In this document: positions 24,866 to 37,581 of the stretch, one piece after another
Position numbering within the stretch: position 1 is the first letter of the stretch
How the letters are laid out: each line of letters opens with the position of its first letter
Origin: Squalus acanthias
Taxonomy: Eukaryota
Assembly (NCBI GenBank): GCA_030390025.1
Contig: CM059431.1
Coordinates: forward strand, 96,102,001 to 96,166,000
Direction of reading: 5' to 3'
Length of the DNA stretch: 64,000 nt
Notes under the pieces: model-generated
Told to the model about the DNA's origin: nothing
Seen by the model: only the letters and a program-made list of their open reading frames with translations
Databases searched by the model: none
Made by a program: the position numbers and the translations under genes

Positions 24866-25644
24866 GCAATAAGTGTTTATTCAGACTTCTCAACTATTTA
24901 AATCTGAACATGAGCCACCTTATCCATTTTTTCCCATAAATAGCTGAACCATGCAAACTAGGAAGGTCCCTGATTTCCCAAGATGCATTGCCAGCGAGGA
25001 CAGCTCCCTGCTGGCAGCACCAGATCTACAGGGGGGCAGGTATGAAATTGGACAAAAAATATTCATGTGTGCTATGCAGCCAGCCCTGGGGTCAGTGCCC
25101 GTGGAACTCTATCCATCAAGAATCAATTTCTTCAGGGGAAAGGGATGAAACTGGCACCAAAATAACATATTAATATGATGAGTAGCATTATGTCACTAAA
25201 GTCAGAGACATAAAACATTTATCTGACTTGTTCAGTTGCATGGTCATATTCTTCAGCATTTTTTATTAGAAATGTTATGAAATATGCAACATAACTAAGG
25301 CAAGTGAAAGCAAGCATTGTGTATCACTGACTGACTTATCAACAGGACATTCAGATTGATTGAATTTAGCAAAAACTGGATACCCCTGGAGAGAAAGCCT
25401 GGCTGGTGTGTGAGGTGCGAGATGTTGGAGAGCCTTCCTAAACCATAAATGAACTCATCCAGGGTGCATTTACAAGTTTAGCATTGGTGTACAGGGAGTC
25501 TCATTCCATTTCACTTTAATATTAGATCACAAGATAATTATGGATGAGCAAGGCCATTCATTCCATTTTAGTTCATCTATCCAGAGAGGTCCTAATGTCC
25601 CCCCAGTGGAGTATCCAATTGTTTCTTAACTAATTCCAGGGTTA

Positions 25645-26055
25645 GGAACATAAAAATAGGCATAAGCCATTTCGCCCCTCGAGTCTGTTCCGCCATTCAA
25701 TGAGATCATGGCTGATCTGTGACCTAACTCCATATACCCGCCTTTTCCCCATATCCCTTAATACCTTTGGTTAACAAAAATCTAGCAATCAGATTTAAAA
25801 TTACCAATTGGCCTAGCATCAACTGCCGTTTGCAGAAGAGAGTTCCGAACTTCTACCACCCTTTGCGTGTAGAAGTGTTTCCTAACTTCACTCCTAAAAG
25901 GCCTGGCTCTAACTTTTAGGCTATGTCCCCCAGTCCTAGACTTCTCAACCAGCAGAAATAGTTTCTCTCTAGCTACCCTATCAGTTACCCTTAATATCGT
26001 GAAACTTCAATCAAATCACCCTTTAACCTTCTAAATTCCAGGGAATGCAACCCTC
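25645..26055 (-). mobile_element. CR1 3' fragment
   Basis: 3' UTR (CCATTCAATGAGATCATGGCTGATC) homologous to the other CR1 copies. Confidence 0.8.
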
Positions 26056-27335
26056 CTTTCCTTCTCCACTACTCTATCTATAATGTTGATATATAAATTT
26101 GATGTATCACTCTTCGGCCTGGCTCTTGATTTAGACTCCATTTCCACTTTAATTGTCTTGTTACAATTGTGGTGTAAATGGATCCTTGGTTATGCTGCCT
26201 CATTCCACTAGACTAGCAGGTAATCTGAAGACAGAGCCCTTTCTCCATCCCATTAGACTGGCAGATTGCTTAAACTAGTCTCATGAACAAGAAGTGTCAA
26301 ACACAGCAGTGGAGTCACCCTCTCCGACTGCCACTCTGTTACCAGGACCAGACAGAATCAATAAAACGGAAACAGGAGATTGCGTAAAGGACATAAAAAA
26401 ACAAGTGTGAAAAAGAACAATCAGGCTAATGAAGCCTGCTCCATCCAGTCAATGTGCAACCTCGTTTTTTGTTCAGTGTTCACCCACCCCCTAACCACAC
26501 AACCTCCTGGGAGAGGGGAAAAAAAGCTTTTGTTTGGTTTGGATCAGTGATGTTATTGCTGACAAATCATATGCTAATTAGTTTCAAAATATCTGCCTCC
26601 ATGAAGCAGAGGATTGCTTATAAAGCTGCAAAAGATTGATTTTGTATCTTAGATCATTGGTCACCTCATCACTGGCTCAGTTGGATCACACGCCTTGCTG
26701 AATTCCAAGCCATAGAAACCACACCAGGTCCAAGACCGTTATCTTTCCATCTCCACACTCCTCTCCATTTCAGTTTAATGGGTTCTACTCGTCTGGAGGC
26801 TGACATTTAACCCCTGAGTTGTGAAGTGCAAGCTTTAACTGCTGGACTAGAAGTCAACCTTTACTTAGAGAATAATGTATACCTTGGTGTGATTACAATA
26901 TCATATTCTAGTTAAGGGGCTTGAATGACAATCCTAAATTGTGACAATGAAGGATGTGTGGTTTTATAACCAGTTACATCCCTGATATTAGATTTCTACT
27001 TTTAAATCACTCATTGTATTACATGCTCTGATTCAAAGTGCAAAACTGTGCTCTGGTCAGTTTCTATGCTGAGAACTTCCATTAATGTTGATATCATCTG
27101 TCACTATGATTCAGGTCCTTAACCTGTGATGATATTCTCACTGGAGGGTTAATAAGGATTCCGTGTAATTGTAACTTTTATCGCCAGGTGATAGTGAATC
27201 GGGCGAGGTGTAAAATGGACTGCCGATTCGCTATCCCCCGTTTTTTGCCCTGCATAAAAGTTAATATTACCCCCAATGAGAGAAACATCCAGTACATACG
27301 ATGAAAGAATAAGTAAGAATGTCTATGTCAATACA

Positions 27336-27925
27336 AATGTGAAAAGTCGCACAACACCAGGTTATAGTCCAACAGCTTTATTTGAAATCACAAGCTTTTG
27401 GAGCGCTGCTCCTTCGTCAGGTGAAGTGAAGAGATGTATATAGGCACAGCATATATAGTCAGAGAACACTGCCAGATGATTACAGTTAATCTTTCTAACT
27501 GCCCTTTATCACACCTCGGCAGAGAGATAATCACGGCAATCAAAGGTGTGGATGGTATCCAAACAGGTCAGTCAGGAAAACATTACATCAAAGACAATGA
27601 GGTGGGGTCACAAGGGGTCAAATGTGGCATTGTCTTTGATGTAATGTTTTCCTGACTGACCTGTTTGGACACCATCCACACCTTTGATTGCCGTGATTAT
27701 CTCTCTGCCGAGGTGTGATAAAGGGCAGTTAGAAAGATTAACTGTAATCATCTGGCAGTGTTCTCTGACTATATATGCTGTGCCTATATCCATCTCTTCA
27801 CTTCACCTGACAAAGGAGCAGCGCTCCGAAAGCTTGTGATTTCAAATAAAGCTGTTGGACTATAACCTGGTGTTGTGCGACTTCTCACATTTGTCCACCC
27901 CAGTCCAACACCGGCATCTCCACGT
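27336..27925 (+). mobile_element. Penelope family-B insertion with ~265-bp inverted arms, each carrying a hammerhead motif
   Basis: Arms ~27333-27599 / 27628-27893 with a ~28-bp spacer; 12-bp TSD TATGTCAATACA (27324-27335, 27926-27937); mirror ORFs 27434+ and 27608-. Confidence 0.9.
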
Positions 27926-27939
27926 TATGTCAATACAGT

Positions 27940-28090
27940 ACAACAAAAGCAAAATACTGCAGATGCTGGAAATCTGAAATAAAAACAGAAAATGATGGAA
28001 ATACTCAGCAAATAAGGCAGCATCTGTGAAGAGAGAAACAGAGTTAATGTTTAATTATTAATGTTTCAGGTTGATGACCTTTCGTCAGAA
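27940..28090 (-). mobile_element. Penelope family-A 3' terminus with hammerhead motif
   Basis: Minus strand reads TTCTGACGAAAGGTCATCAACCTGAAACATTAA...CCAGCATCTGCAGTATTTTGCTTTTG. Confidence 0.82.
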
Positions 28091-28597
28091 TTCCTGTTGT
28101 CACGATTTTGGGTCATACTTTTCTGTCACCATTCCCTGTTCAATTTTGCTATGTGAACTGATATAATGTACTAGCAGGCTCTGGCCACACAGAGGCTCGA
28201 TGGAGCAAGTTCCTGTAGTCTGTCTCCCAACTCCATTGCCACCTTGTAGATAAAACTTATCAACTGACTGTGGGCAACACAACCAATAATTTACGAGTTA
28301 TCTGAGATATTAAAACCCTTTTCAGAATGCTGTAAGACAAAGTCTCTCAGGAATCTGAACCTAAAACCTTAACCTTGCCCAAATTAAGCAAGTTGATGTT
28401 ACTGTTAAGTACGTGAATTCTAGATCTTTTGATATGAAATTAAGAAGCAAGGGAGATCAAATGGTCCCACTCTTCTCTGCAACGGTACCTTTGTGGATCA
28501 TTTATTGTTAACCCTTGTTGCTTAATCATACATCCTCAATGGATTAATAGGATGTCCAAAGTGAAGCTGGAAATAAGGTCACCTGCCAACTCGTCGT

Positions 28598-28875
28598 CTC
28601 AGCTCCTCTGATGGCTTAGTGTCTACATTAGGTCAGAAGGCCTGCAATTCAATGCTCAATCTGTGCTGAGTAAACTGATCCTACTCAGGGTAAGAGTTAG
28701 GGTGCTACAACTGACAGCGTTTCTGGGCTAGGGAAGAGCACACTCGGCTAAGATTTCCATCCTGGGTTGCTATCCAGTGACCCTTTCAAGATGGTAGAAT
28801 ATCTTACTAATTTCCTAGCTTCACACATGAAGAATGGCCACTCTTGGGAGAGGGGGTACCATTGGGTTTCCATAG
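28598..28875 (+). mobile_element. LF-SINE-like element
   Basis: CTGTGCTGAGTAAACTGATC...GGGTGCTACAA...CTGGGCTAGGGA...GCTATCCAGTGACCC...CACACATGAAGAATGGCCAC resembles the recalled LF-SINE consensus. Confidence 0.55.
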
Positions 28876-29088
28876 AGCTGTAGGACAAATTCTACAATTT
28901 AACGCTTTTGGTGCAGAACTTTGGAACTGGAACGCACAACATGCATTCAGACATGGAGGTCATTGTACCAAATGCACGGCCCACATGGTTTATCCATTCA
29001 TTTTAATGGATGAAAAATCATGCAATCACAAATCAGGTGCACTGGCCTCTGTGCCAAATGCCCAATATGCCTCCCATCACACGAAGCC

Positions 29089-29221
29089 CAATGTTCCCTC
29101 TAATTTTTTTGGCGCCATTCAAAATACCGCATATGCGTGGTTTTTACATTCAAAAGCTGGCAAGCTGGCTGCACAGGATCCCTGGAGCGCTGCACAGCAG
29201 CACAGCTTAAAGTGAACATTG
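29089..29221. mobile_element. hAT-type MITE (CAATGTTCCC family)
   Basis: CAATGTTCCC...GTGAACATTG; imperfect 8-bp TSD ACGAAGCC/GTGAAGCC. Confidence 0.65.
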
Positions 29222-29469
29222 GTGAAGCCTTGTACCAAATTGTAAAATTCATGCCCATACACCAGTAAGAGCCAGCACCTCCTTCAGGAGGATAGAGGAA
29301 AAAGAGAAAAATTTGTCAAGAACAAAGAAAAACATTAGAAAGCAACTGGCTGTCCCTGTAGGTGTGAAGGGATAATAACTCATCCTTGTACTGCAGTGTT
29401 GCACCCTTTCATGGGTGATATTTTCCTGCATATTCAGATTGACACAACTTTAAATTTGCTATTAAACTA

Positions 29470-32155
29470 CTTAAGGAGAGATAAACTAGGAGATTATAGT
29501 CTAACATCTGTTGTGGGGAAGTTACTAAAATCTGTTATTAGGGACAGAGTGACTGAACACTTGGACAAACATAAACTGATCAGAGAGAGCCAGCATGGAT
29601 TTGTTAAGGGTAATTCATGTCTAAGAAACCTAGTTGAATTTTTTGAGGAGTTAACTAACATGGTAGATAAGGGAGTGTCTATGGATATTATTTATATTGA
29701 CTTGCAGAAGGCATTCAATAAGGTTTCACATAAGAGACTGTTAACAAAAATGAGAGCGCATGGAATTGGAGGCAACCTATTGTCATGGGTAAGGAATTGG
29801 TTATGAAGTAGGAGACAGTGATAAGGGATCATGGGTATGTACTCAAATTGGCAGGATGTGATAGTGCTGTCCCCCAGGGATCTGTACTCGGGTCTCAGCT
29901 TTTCACTATTTTTTTAAACGACTTAGATGAAGTAATAGAAAGCCGTACATCCAAGTTAGTAAGTAGTGTAGATGAGAGCATAAAGTTGCAAAGGGACATT
30001 GATAGATTAATTGAGTGGGTAAAATTATGGAATGTGATGTGGGGAAGTGAGAGGTCATCTACTTTGGACCTAAGAAGGATAGATCAGAGTATTTTCTAAA
30101 TGGTGAGGAGCTAGGAACTGTTGAGGAGCAGAGAAATTTAAGGGTCCAAGTACAGAAATCACTAAAACTAGTGGACATTTAAGAAAAATAATTAAAAAGG
30201 CTAAGGAATGTTGACCTTCATCTCAAGGGGCAGGAATATAAAGGCGTGGAAGTTATGTTACAGTTGTATAAAGCTCTGTCAACCGTGAGGGATTATGGAG
30301 TGACCTCCTCAAATTCGGCTGCCCTCAAAAGTTTATCACCATCCTCCGCCTGTGTCAAAACGACATGCAAGCCGTGATCCTGACCAACGGTTCCACCACA
30401 GACCCAATTCACGTACGAACCGGGGTCAAGCAAGGCTGTGTCATCGCACCAACGCTCTTCTCGATCTTCCTTCCTGCAATGTTTCATCTCACCCTCAGTA
30501 AGCTCCCCACTGGAGTGGAGCTAATTTTAAGAACAAATGGGAAACTGTTCAACCTCCGTCGCCTCCAGTCCAGATCCAAGGTCGTCCCATCCTCTGTTGT
30601 TGAATTACAGTATGCAGACGACGCTTGCGTCTGCGCTCACTCGGAGGTCGAACTCCAAACCATCATCAACACCTTCACCGAAGCGTACGAGAGCATGGGC
30701 CTTACACTAAACATCCGTAAGACAAAGGTCCTCTACCAATCTGCCCCCGCCACACAGTACTGTCCCCCGATTATCAAAATCCACGACAAGGCCTTGGACA
30801 ACGTGGACCACATTCCATACCTCGAGAGCCTACTGTCAACAAGGGCAGACGTCGATGACGAAGTCCAACACCGCATTCAGTGTGCCAGTGCAGCCTTCGG
30901 TCGCCTGAGGAAGAGAGTGTTTGAAGACCAGGACCTCAAACCCGGCACTAAGCTCATGGTCTACAGAGCAGCAGTGATACCCGCCCTGCTGTATGCCTCA
31001 GAGACATGGACCATGTACAGCAGGCACCTCAAAGCACTGGAGAGGTACCACCAATGCTGCCTCCGCAAGATCCTGCAAATCCATTGGCAGGATAGGCGCA
31101 CCAACGTCAGTGTTCTCGCTCAGGCCAACATCCCCAGCATTGAAGCTTTGACCACACTCGATCAGCTCCGATGGACGGGTCACATTGTCCGCATGCCCGT
31201 TACGAGACTCCCAAAACAAGCGCTCTACTCGGAGCTCCAGCACTGCAAGAGAGCCCCAGGTGGGCAGAGGAAACGCTTCAAGGACACCCTCAAAGCCTCC
31301 TTGAAAAAGTGTAACATCCCCACCGACACCTGGGAATCCCTGGCCCAAGACCGCACAAAGTGGAGGAGAAGCACCCGGGAAGGCGCCGAACACCTCGAGT
31401 CTCTTCGCCGGGAGCAAGCGGAAGCCAAGCGCAGGCAGCGCAAGGAGCGCGCGTCAACCCAAGCACCCCACCCACCCGCCCCTTCAACCACCGTCTGCCC
31501 CACCTGTGACAGAGACTGTAGGTCCCGCATTGGACTCATCAGTCACCTGAGAACTCATTTTTAATGTGGAAGCAAGTCATCCTCGGTTCCGAGGGACTGC
31601 CTAAGAAGAAGATTAGACCCCTCTGGTTAGACCCCATTTAGAATACTGCAATCAGTTCTGGGAACATATCGGCACGTATCAGGAACATATCAGGAAGGAT
31701 ACATTGGCCTTGGAGGGGGTGCAGCCCAGATTCACCACAATGATACAATGGGGCTAAATAGGTTTAATTATGAGGGCAGAGTGCATAGATTAGGCTTATA
31801 TTTCCTCAAGTATAGAAGATTAAGGGATGATCTAATTGACGTGTTTACGATGATTAAAGGAATTAATAGAGTAGATAGATAGAAACTATTTCCTCTGGTG
31901 GGGGAGTCCAGAACAAGGGGGCAGAACCTTAAAATTAGAGCTAGTGGAAATCTGGAACTTGCTCCCCCTAAAAGCTGTTGAGGCTATGTGAATTGAAAAA
32001 TGCAAAACTAACTTTGATCGTTTCTTGTTAGGCAACGGTGTTAAGGGATATGGAACCAAAGCGGGTAAATAGAGTTAAGATACAGATCAGCCATGATCTA
32101 ATTGAATGGCGGAATATGCTTGGGCTGAATGGCCTACTCCTGTTCCTATGTTCCT
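29470..32155 (+). mobile_element. Degenerate CR1 RT-to-3' fragment interrupted by an RTE element
   Basis: ORFs 29396-29806 and 29818-30099; resumes after ~31620; CCTATGTT tail at ~32150. Confidence 0.85.
30279..31612 (+). mobile_element. 5'-truncated RTE-clade LINE (RT + C-terminal C2H2-like motif)
   Basis: ORF 30365-31564: GVKQGCVIAPTLF, LQYADD, CPTCDRDCRSRIGLISHLRTH; (AAG)n tail. Confidence 0.92.
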
Positions 32156-32387
32156 TCAGTGAAATATCCCATTAAGAGCAGGCTGGAGTAGGACTGCAAT
32201 CAATGGTGACAGAGCTGGTTAGATCTGGGCCAGGGAAAGTGTTTAGAATGGAATTCCAGCTCAATTCATTTAAATCCTGCAAACTGAGCGATGCAACTCC
32301 ATTTCTTCTCACACACATGTCATTCCACAGAAAATACCCATTAACTTCTTTGAAGGCTTTTGCTTTGTGGTACGGGGAGAAGACTTC

Positions 32388-34166
32388 AGCCAGAATTTTC
32401 TCAAGGGAGGTGGGTTGGGGGGCAGGTGGGCCTTCGAGGCAGGCGGGAAACCTGGGAGGCCCTGCCGACTTTAACGGCAGGGCCTGATTTGAACGTGAGG
32501 CCTCGGATTCCCGCCCATAGCCTGCCAGATTGAGAGGCTGGCTGGCTGCGGGCGGGTTGGCCTCAGATGCGAGTGGTTGGTCTGGGGGAGGGCTCGCGTG
32601 GTCCGGGGGGTCAGGGGTCAGCATGGTCGGGGATCAGTGGGGGAGTCGGGAGTCAGCATGGTCGGGATGATCAGGGATCGGTGGGCGTGGTCGGGGGTTG
32701 GCATGGTCAGGGATTGTGGGGAGGATCGGGGATTGGGGGTGGGGGGGTCAGCCGGGGATCGGCGCGGGGGGGTTTGGGGATCGGCATGGGCTCAGTCGGG
32801 GATCGCGGCAGGGGTGGGGGGTGAGTCAGCTGAGAATCAGGGATTGGAGTCGGCCATGGATCGGGGGTCGGGGATCGCGGGGGGGGTGTCGACAGGGGAT
32901 CAGTGGGGTGGAAGAGTGGACTGGGGCCGGCCACCAGAGAATTGTGGCTGTCCCCGGTCTTCATCAGGCCTCTGATCTCCACCATGAGGCCCCCCGACCC
33001 CACTGATGATGCGATCGGAGGCCCGGAAGGGGGGCGTCAGGAAGGGACCCTGGATCCAGGAGGTAGGTATAGAGTCACTTACCTCCTGGATGCAGCAGTC
33101 CCCACCTCAGTTTAACTGCCGGATTTCACGAACAAACCCGTAACATCACTCGTCTCCATCCTTGCCTCAGCTCAAACCACACTGTTCGCCACCTTGGTGT
33201 CATATTTGACCCTGAAATGAGCTTCCGACCACATATCTGCAGCATAACTAAGAACGCCTATTTCCACCTCCATAACATCACCCGTCTCCACCCTTGCCTC
33301 AGCTCATCCGATGCTGAAACCCTCACCCATGCCTTTGTTACCTCTAGACTTGACTATTCCAACGCACTCCTGGCTGGCCTCCCACATTCCACCCTACGTA
33401 AACTTGAGGTCATCCAAAACTCGGCTGCCTGTGTCCTAACTCGCACCAGGTCCCGTTCACCCATCACCCCTGTGCTTGCTGACCTACACTGGCTCCTGGT
33501 TAAGCAACGCCTCGATTTCAAAATTCTCATCCTTGTTTTCAAATCCCTCCATGGCCTCGCCCCTCCCTTCTCTGTAATCTCCTCCAGCCCCACAATCCCC
33601 GGAGTTATCTGCGCTCCTCTAATTCTGCCCTCTTGCGCATCCCTGATTATAATCGCTCAACCATCGGTGGCCGTGCCTTCTGTTGCCTCGGCCCTAAGCT
33701 CTGGTATTCCCTACCTAAACCTCTCCGCCTATCGACCTCTCTTTCTTCCTTTAATACGCGCCTTAAAACCAACCTCTTTGACCAAGTTTTTGGTCACCTG
33801 CCCTAATTTCTCCTTATGTGGCTCGGTGTCAATTTTTTTTGTCTTATAATACTCCTGTGAAGCGCCTTGGGACATTTTACTACGTTAAAAGCGCTATATA
33901 AATCCAAGTTGTTGTTGTTGAATTGTGTGAAACCTGTCCACAGGCAGTTAAATTCAAAATGGAGGTGAAAAAAGTGGTTGCCAGCCTCATTACTATATTT
34001 AAATTAATGTAGCGCCCCCTGGGAGCAGGTCGGTCGCCTGTCTTACCTCCGTCAAAACCAGAAGTGGGCGGGTTAGAGGCGGGATCAGGTCGGGAATCCC
34101 AGTCTTAACAAATTAACTGCCCCCACGCTCCAAACCCACCCTTTTTTTTAGGGGAAAATTATGGTC
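32388..34166. mobile_element. Non-autonomous TIR element (Harbinger-like) with a G-rich GGGATC-type interior and a nested L2
   Basis: Imperfect TIRs AGCCAGAATTTTC...GGTGGGTTGGGGGGCAG vs GACCATAATTTTC...GGTGGGTTTGG; 3-bp TSD TTC on both sides. Confidence 0.55.
33140..33920 (+). mobile_element. L2-clade LINE 3' fragment
   Basis: ORF 33217-33849 (HAFVTSRLDYSNALLAGLP, PITPVLADLHWL); tail GCGCTATATAAAT..(GTT)n. Confidence 0.88.
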
Positions 34167-36079
34167 TTCAGTTCAATTTTATCCACTTAAAGATCCAACT
34201 CTATGATTGTCCTGTGACCAGGTCAATCCACAGGTTGAATAATTACAACAAATAATCATCGGAATGGATTATAAACACAACTTTAAGAAAATCAGAAAAT
34301 GGGATAATGCAATTAAAATGATATTATTCTCAAAATGAAGTTTAAGCTAAGTTCTCTTCTCATCTGCAAGTGATTAAAAGAAAGAACTTGCATTTATCTC
34401 ATTCCTTTCGCATCCTCAGGATGTCCCAAAGTGGTTCAAGGCCAATTAATTATTTTGAACTGCAGTCACAGTTGTTACCTAAGCTAACTAGAGTACATCT
34501 AATTAATAAACTAGTAAAATATGTTCATGCAGTCAAATCATTCAGTCACAAATCAAAATTGTTGCGACAGTATACAAACTGATACAAGCTCCACACTGAT
34601 GATCATTTATGTGGCACATTCAACTTCACACCGATACTGAACTTGTGCACAAAAATCAGTGGGCTCACCGTGACCTAAGGCACTGACCCTGTCAAATTAT
34701 GTGGGGCCGGGTGGAAGTTACTCAGTGACACCTGCTCCACTTGGGGTGCATCTTGGGCACCTGCTTGCCAACCCAAGGAGGCTGGAAATTCCAGTGTAGT
34801 ATGCAATCACTGGACAGGTACCAGACTTCCTGGAAAGAAGTCTGCTGTGCCCCATCGACCACATTCATAAGGGGGCTGAAAAATACTCAACATTTTAAAC
34901 ATATTCCACGGTCTAGGGCTTGACCCAGGCCTGGACTCCCATGTCAGCCCATTTCTGCCAGACAGCAGGCCAGTATACCTGCTCTCACTTGCTGTACCAG
35001 ATTATTACTGCTCCAACAGGCCAGGGAATAGGAAACTCCCGGCCTGGAGTTCCCTTTCCTGGCCACGCTCCCTCTGATGCGGGTTACCATGTTTGAAGCA
35101 GGTGGAGGATGTGCCACAAATTAGACCCTGCAGAAAATGCCTATGAAGACTAGGCCCCAGTGTATCCAGATCCCGGCCTAATTTCTGGTCCTTCTGCTGT
35201 AGTTCCACCAGATTGCTGCTGCAGATTATTGGTCCTGTGGAGTGAAAATAGAGGCTTGAACTCACTCCAAATCAAATCAGAGTGAGACACTCTCCTTTGA
35301 ATTTTACTGACACTCCATTTGTAGCTGCAAAATACACCTGTATGACAATAGGTTAAAAACATCAGCGGATAAACAGAGCACAGCTCATTACATCACCAGT
35401 AATGTAATGGTCCCTTAATTTTGCTGCTCATCGCTTATTGACCCTGATGAGATTTGAAACAAACAGATCAGAAAAAATTTCTGCCCCTCTCCCCCAAGCA
35501 CTGTTATGCACATAATGCATTTTAATTTTAGTCTAATTCCCTACTAAGTTCATGGGGACAATTTCATACCGCCTGCAGATTGACCATTTAAGATTCAAAT
35601 GTCAAAACTGCAGCGCTTGTGCCTTACATTTTAATGAGGCGGGTGTGCTCACCAAGGACGCTGCCGATTAGTGAGGTCTTTACTGGCTCAGTGGTTAAAT
35701 TGGCTGCACGGGTAGCTGGAAATGCAGTCACAGCAGACAGGGGATGGCTTAAAGGGCTTTTTCAGCAACTAATGGCCTCAGTTGATTTGCCCTCTGAAAA
35801 AATTGACCATGATGTTGTCCGGCCACTTGCCATCTGTAAGGAGGGCAAACTTTCTTCAGTTGCAGTCATCACACATTCAACCCCACGGACTGGTAATCAC
35901 ATCTGATCTATTTCAGTTTAAACAAGTGGCAAAGATGGCTGGAAAAGCATGTAGAAGAATGAAGGTCCTCAGGAAAATGCAAGCCTAATTATCAGGGTTA
36001 ATAACATTAGCTCTGGCTTTCAAGAAGCTGACGCTTTAACGATGATCTTATATGTGATCATTATTAAGTATCTTTCATA

Positions 36080-36410
36080 TAGAGAGAAACTATTTCCGCT
36101 GGTTGTGGAGTCTAAAACTAGGGAACATAGCCTAAAAGTTAGAGCTAGGCCTTTCAGGAGTAAAGTTAGGAAATTCTCTACATGCAAAGGTTACTAGAAG
36201 TTTGGAACACTCTTCCGCAAATGGCAGTTGATGCGAGGTCAATTGTTAGTTTCAAATTTGAGACTGATAGATTTTTGTTAACCAAAGGTATTAAGGGATA
36301 TGGGGAAAAGGCAGGTATATGGAGTTAGGTCACAGATCAGCCTTGATCTCATTGAATGGTGGAACAGGCTTGAGGGGCTGAATGGCTTACTCCTGTTCCT
36401 ATATTGCTAT
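36080..36410 (+). mobile_element. CR1 3' fragment
   Basis: CR1 3' UTR (GATCAGCCTTGATCTCATTGAATGG...CTCCTGTTCCTAT). Confidence 0.8.
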
Positions 36411-37581
36411 ATTTACACAATAAAGCCTCCATCTGCCAAGTGAAGGAATATTGCAGCATTGTTTATCAGGCTGTCCAGTAACATCATCTCTTCCTTCACA
36501 ACTCAATACATCCATACAGACTAAATATCCTGGTGGGGAATCCATGCTAAGCAATTCTAAAGAGATTTGGGTAGATTGTCAGATTATAACTGGAGCAACA
36601 CTCTCAAGAGTTGCTAGCAGGTAAAGTGGATCTCCCCACCAGGAATACAAGCATTGTTGCAGCTGTATCTCAACATACGAGGGCCAATATTCTGAGTCTG
36701 CGCTGGCAGTAGGAAGCCCCACCCACTGTTATGCATACTGGAAAATTGCTGCTGTGCTGCCTAAGATATTCTGTCCAGTCCCTAATGCCAGTGAAGGTGC
36801 AAACTCGGAAGCTCAGCCCTGCTACATCAACGCAACAAGTGAGGCAGAGCTGGATTCTCGACTGCATGTTGGAGGGAACATGGACCTGTTCCAAATCCTG
36901 GGTATGGGGTCTGTCATATTTGGAGATTTATTATCTTTTTTTTCTACATACAAAGGATTTGGGCATGTAATTATGAGTTGTATTTTCTATTGTCTGTACC
37001 CTAACAACAGTGGGCATGAGATACCCCTGCATGTTTCTAGGGTCCAGTGTTAGGGGCAGCAGAAGGGAACATTAAAAATGAAAAATGGCCCCTATTTTGA
37101 TGAAATTTTCAGAAGGAGTATTACATCTTTAGCCAACAAAGAAGCCACCGACTGCGCTACACTGTCGGAGTTTCCGAGTCCTGCAGCAGCCAATTTCTGC
37201 TCCCCCTCCAGGAAGACTCCCCAGCAGAGGTTGGGAAATTTGCTCTAAGAGCTTCAGTCCTTCAGTAGTGGTCCTGCATCAAAAACTTTGGTCCTTCACT
37301 GAGGCACCTCGGTCCCACACTTAGGGCCCGATATTTACTTGGAGACGCGTTGGGAGTAGTGGGGGATCCGATATCTCGTTGGAAGCCCGAAAGGAAGTTC
37401 AGCGCATCTTTCTGTGGCTTTTTAACGCAGCCAACTCATTATCATTTTTTACTGTCCAATCCGCAGCAGCGGGCGTGATGTGGATCTGCATGACACAATT
37501 TCAACTCCAGTTTTCAAAGTGCCAATTCGAAGATGGAATCTGGAGGACTTGGGAGCTGAAAAGAGAGCAGCAACTTCAACA

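Noticed and set aside
24900..35270. Possible minus-strand host exons (~24920-25025, 28100-28250, 32165-32385, 35005-35240)
   Set aside because: Some acceptor-like sites exist, but I recognise no protein family and find no consistent frame; needs BLASTX or RNA-seq.
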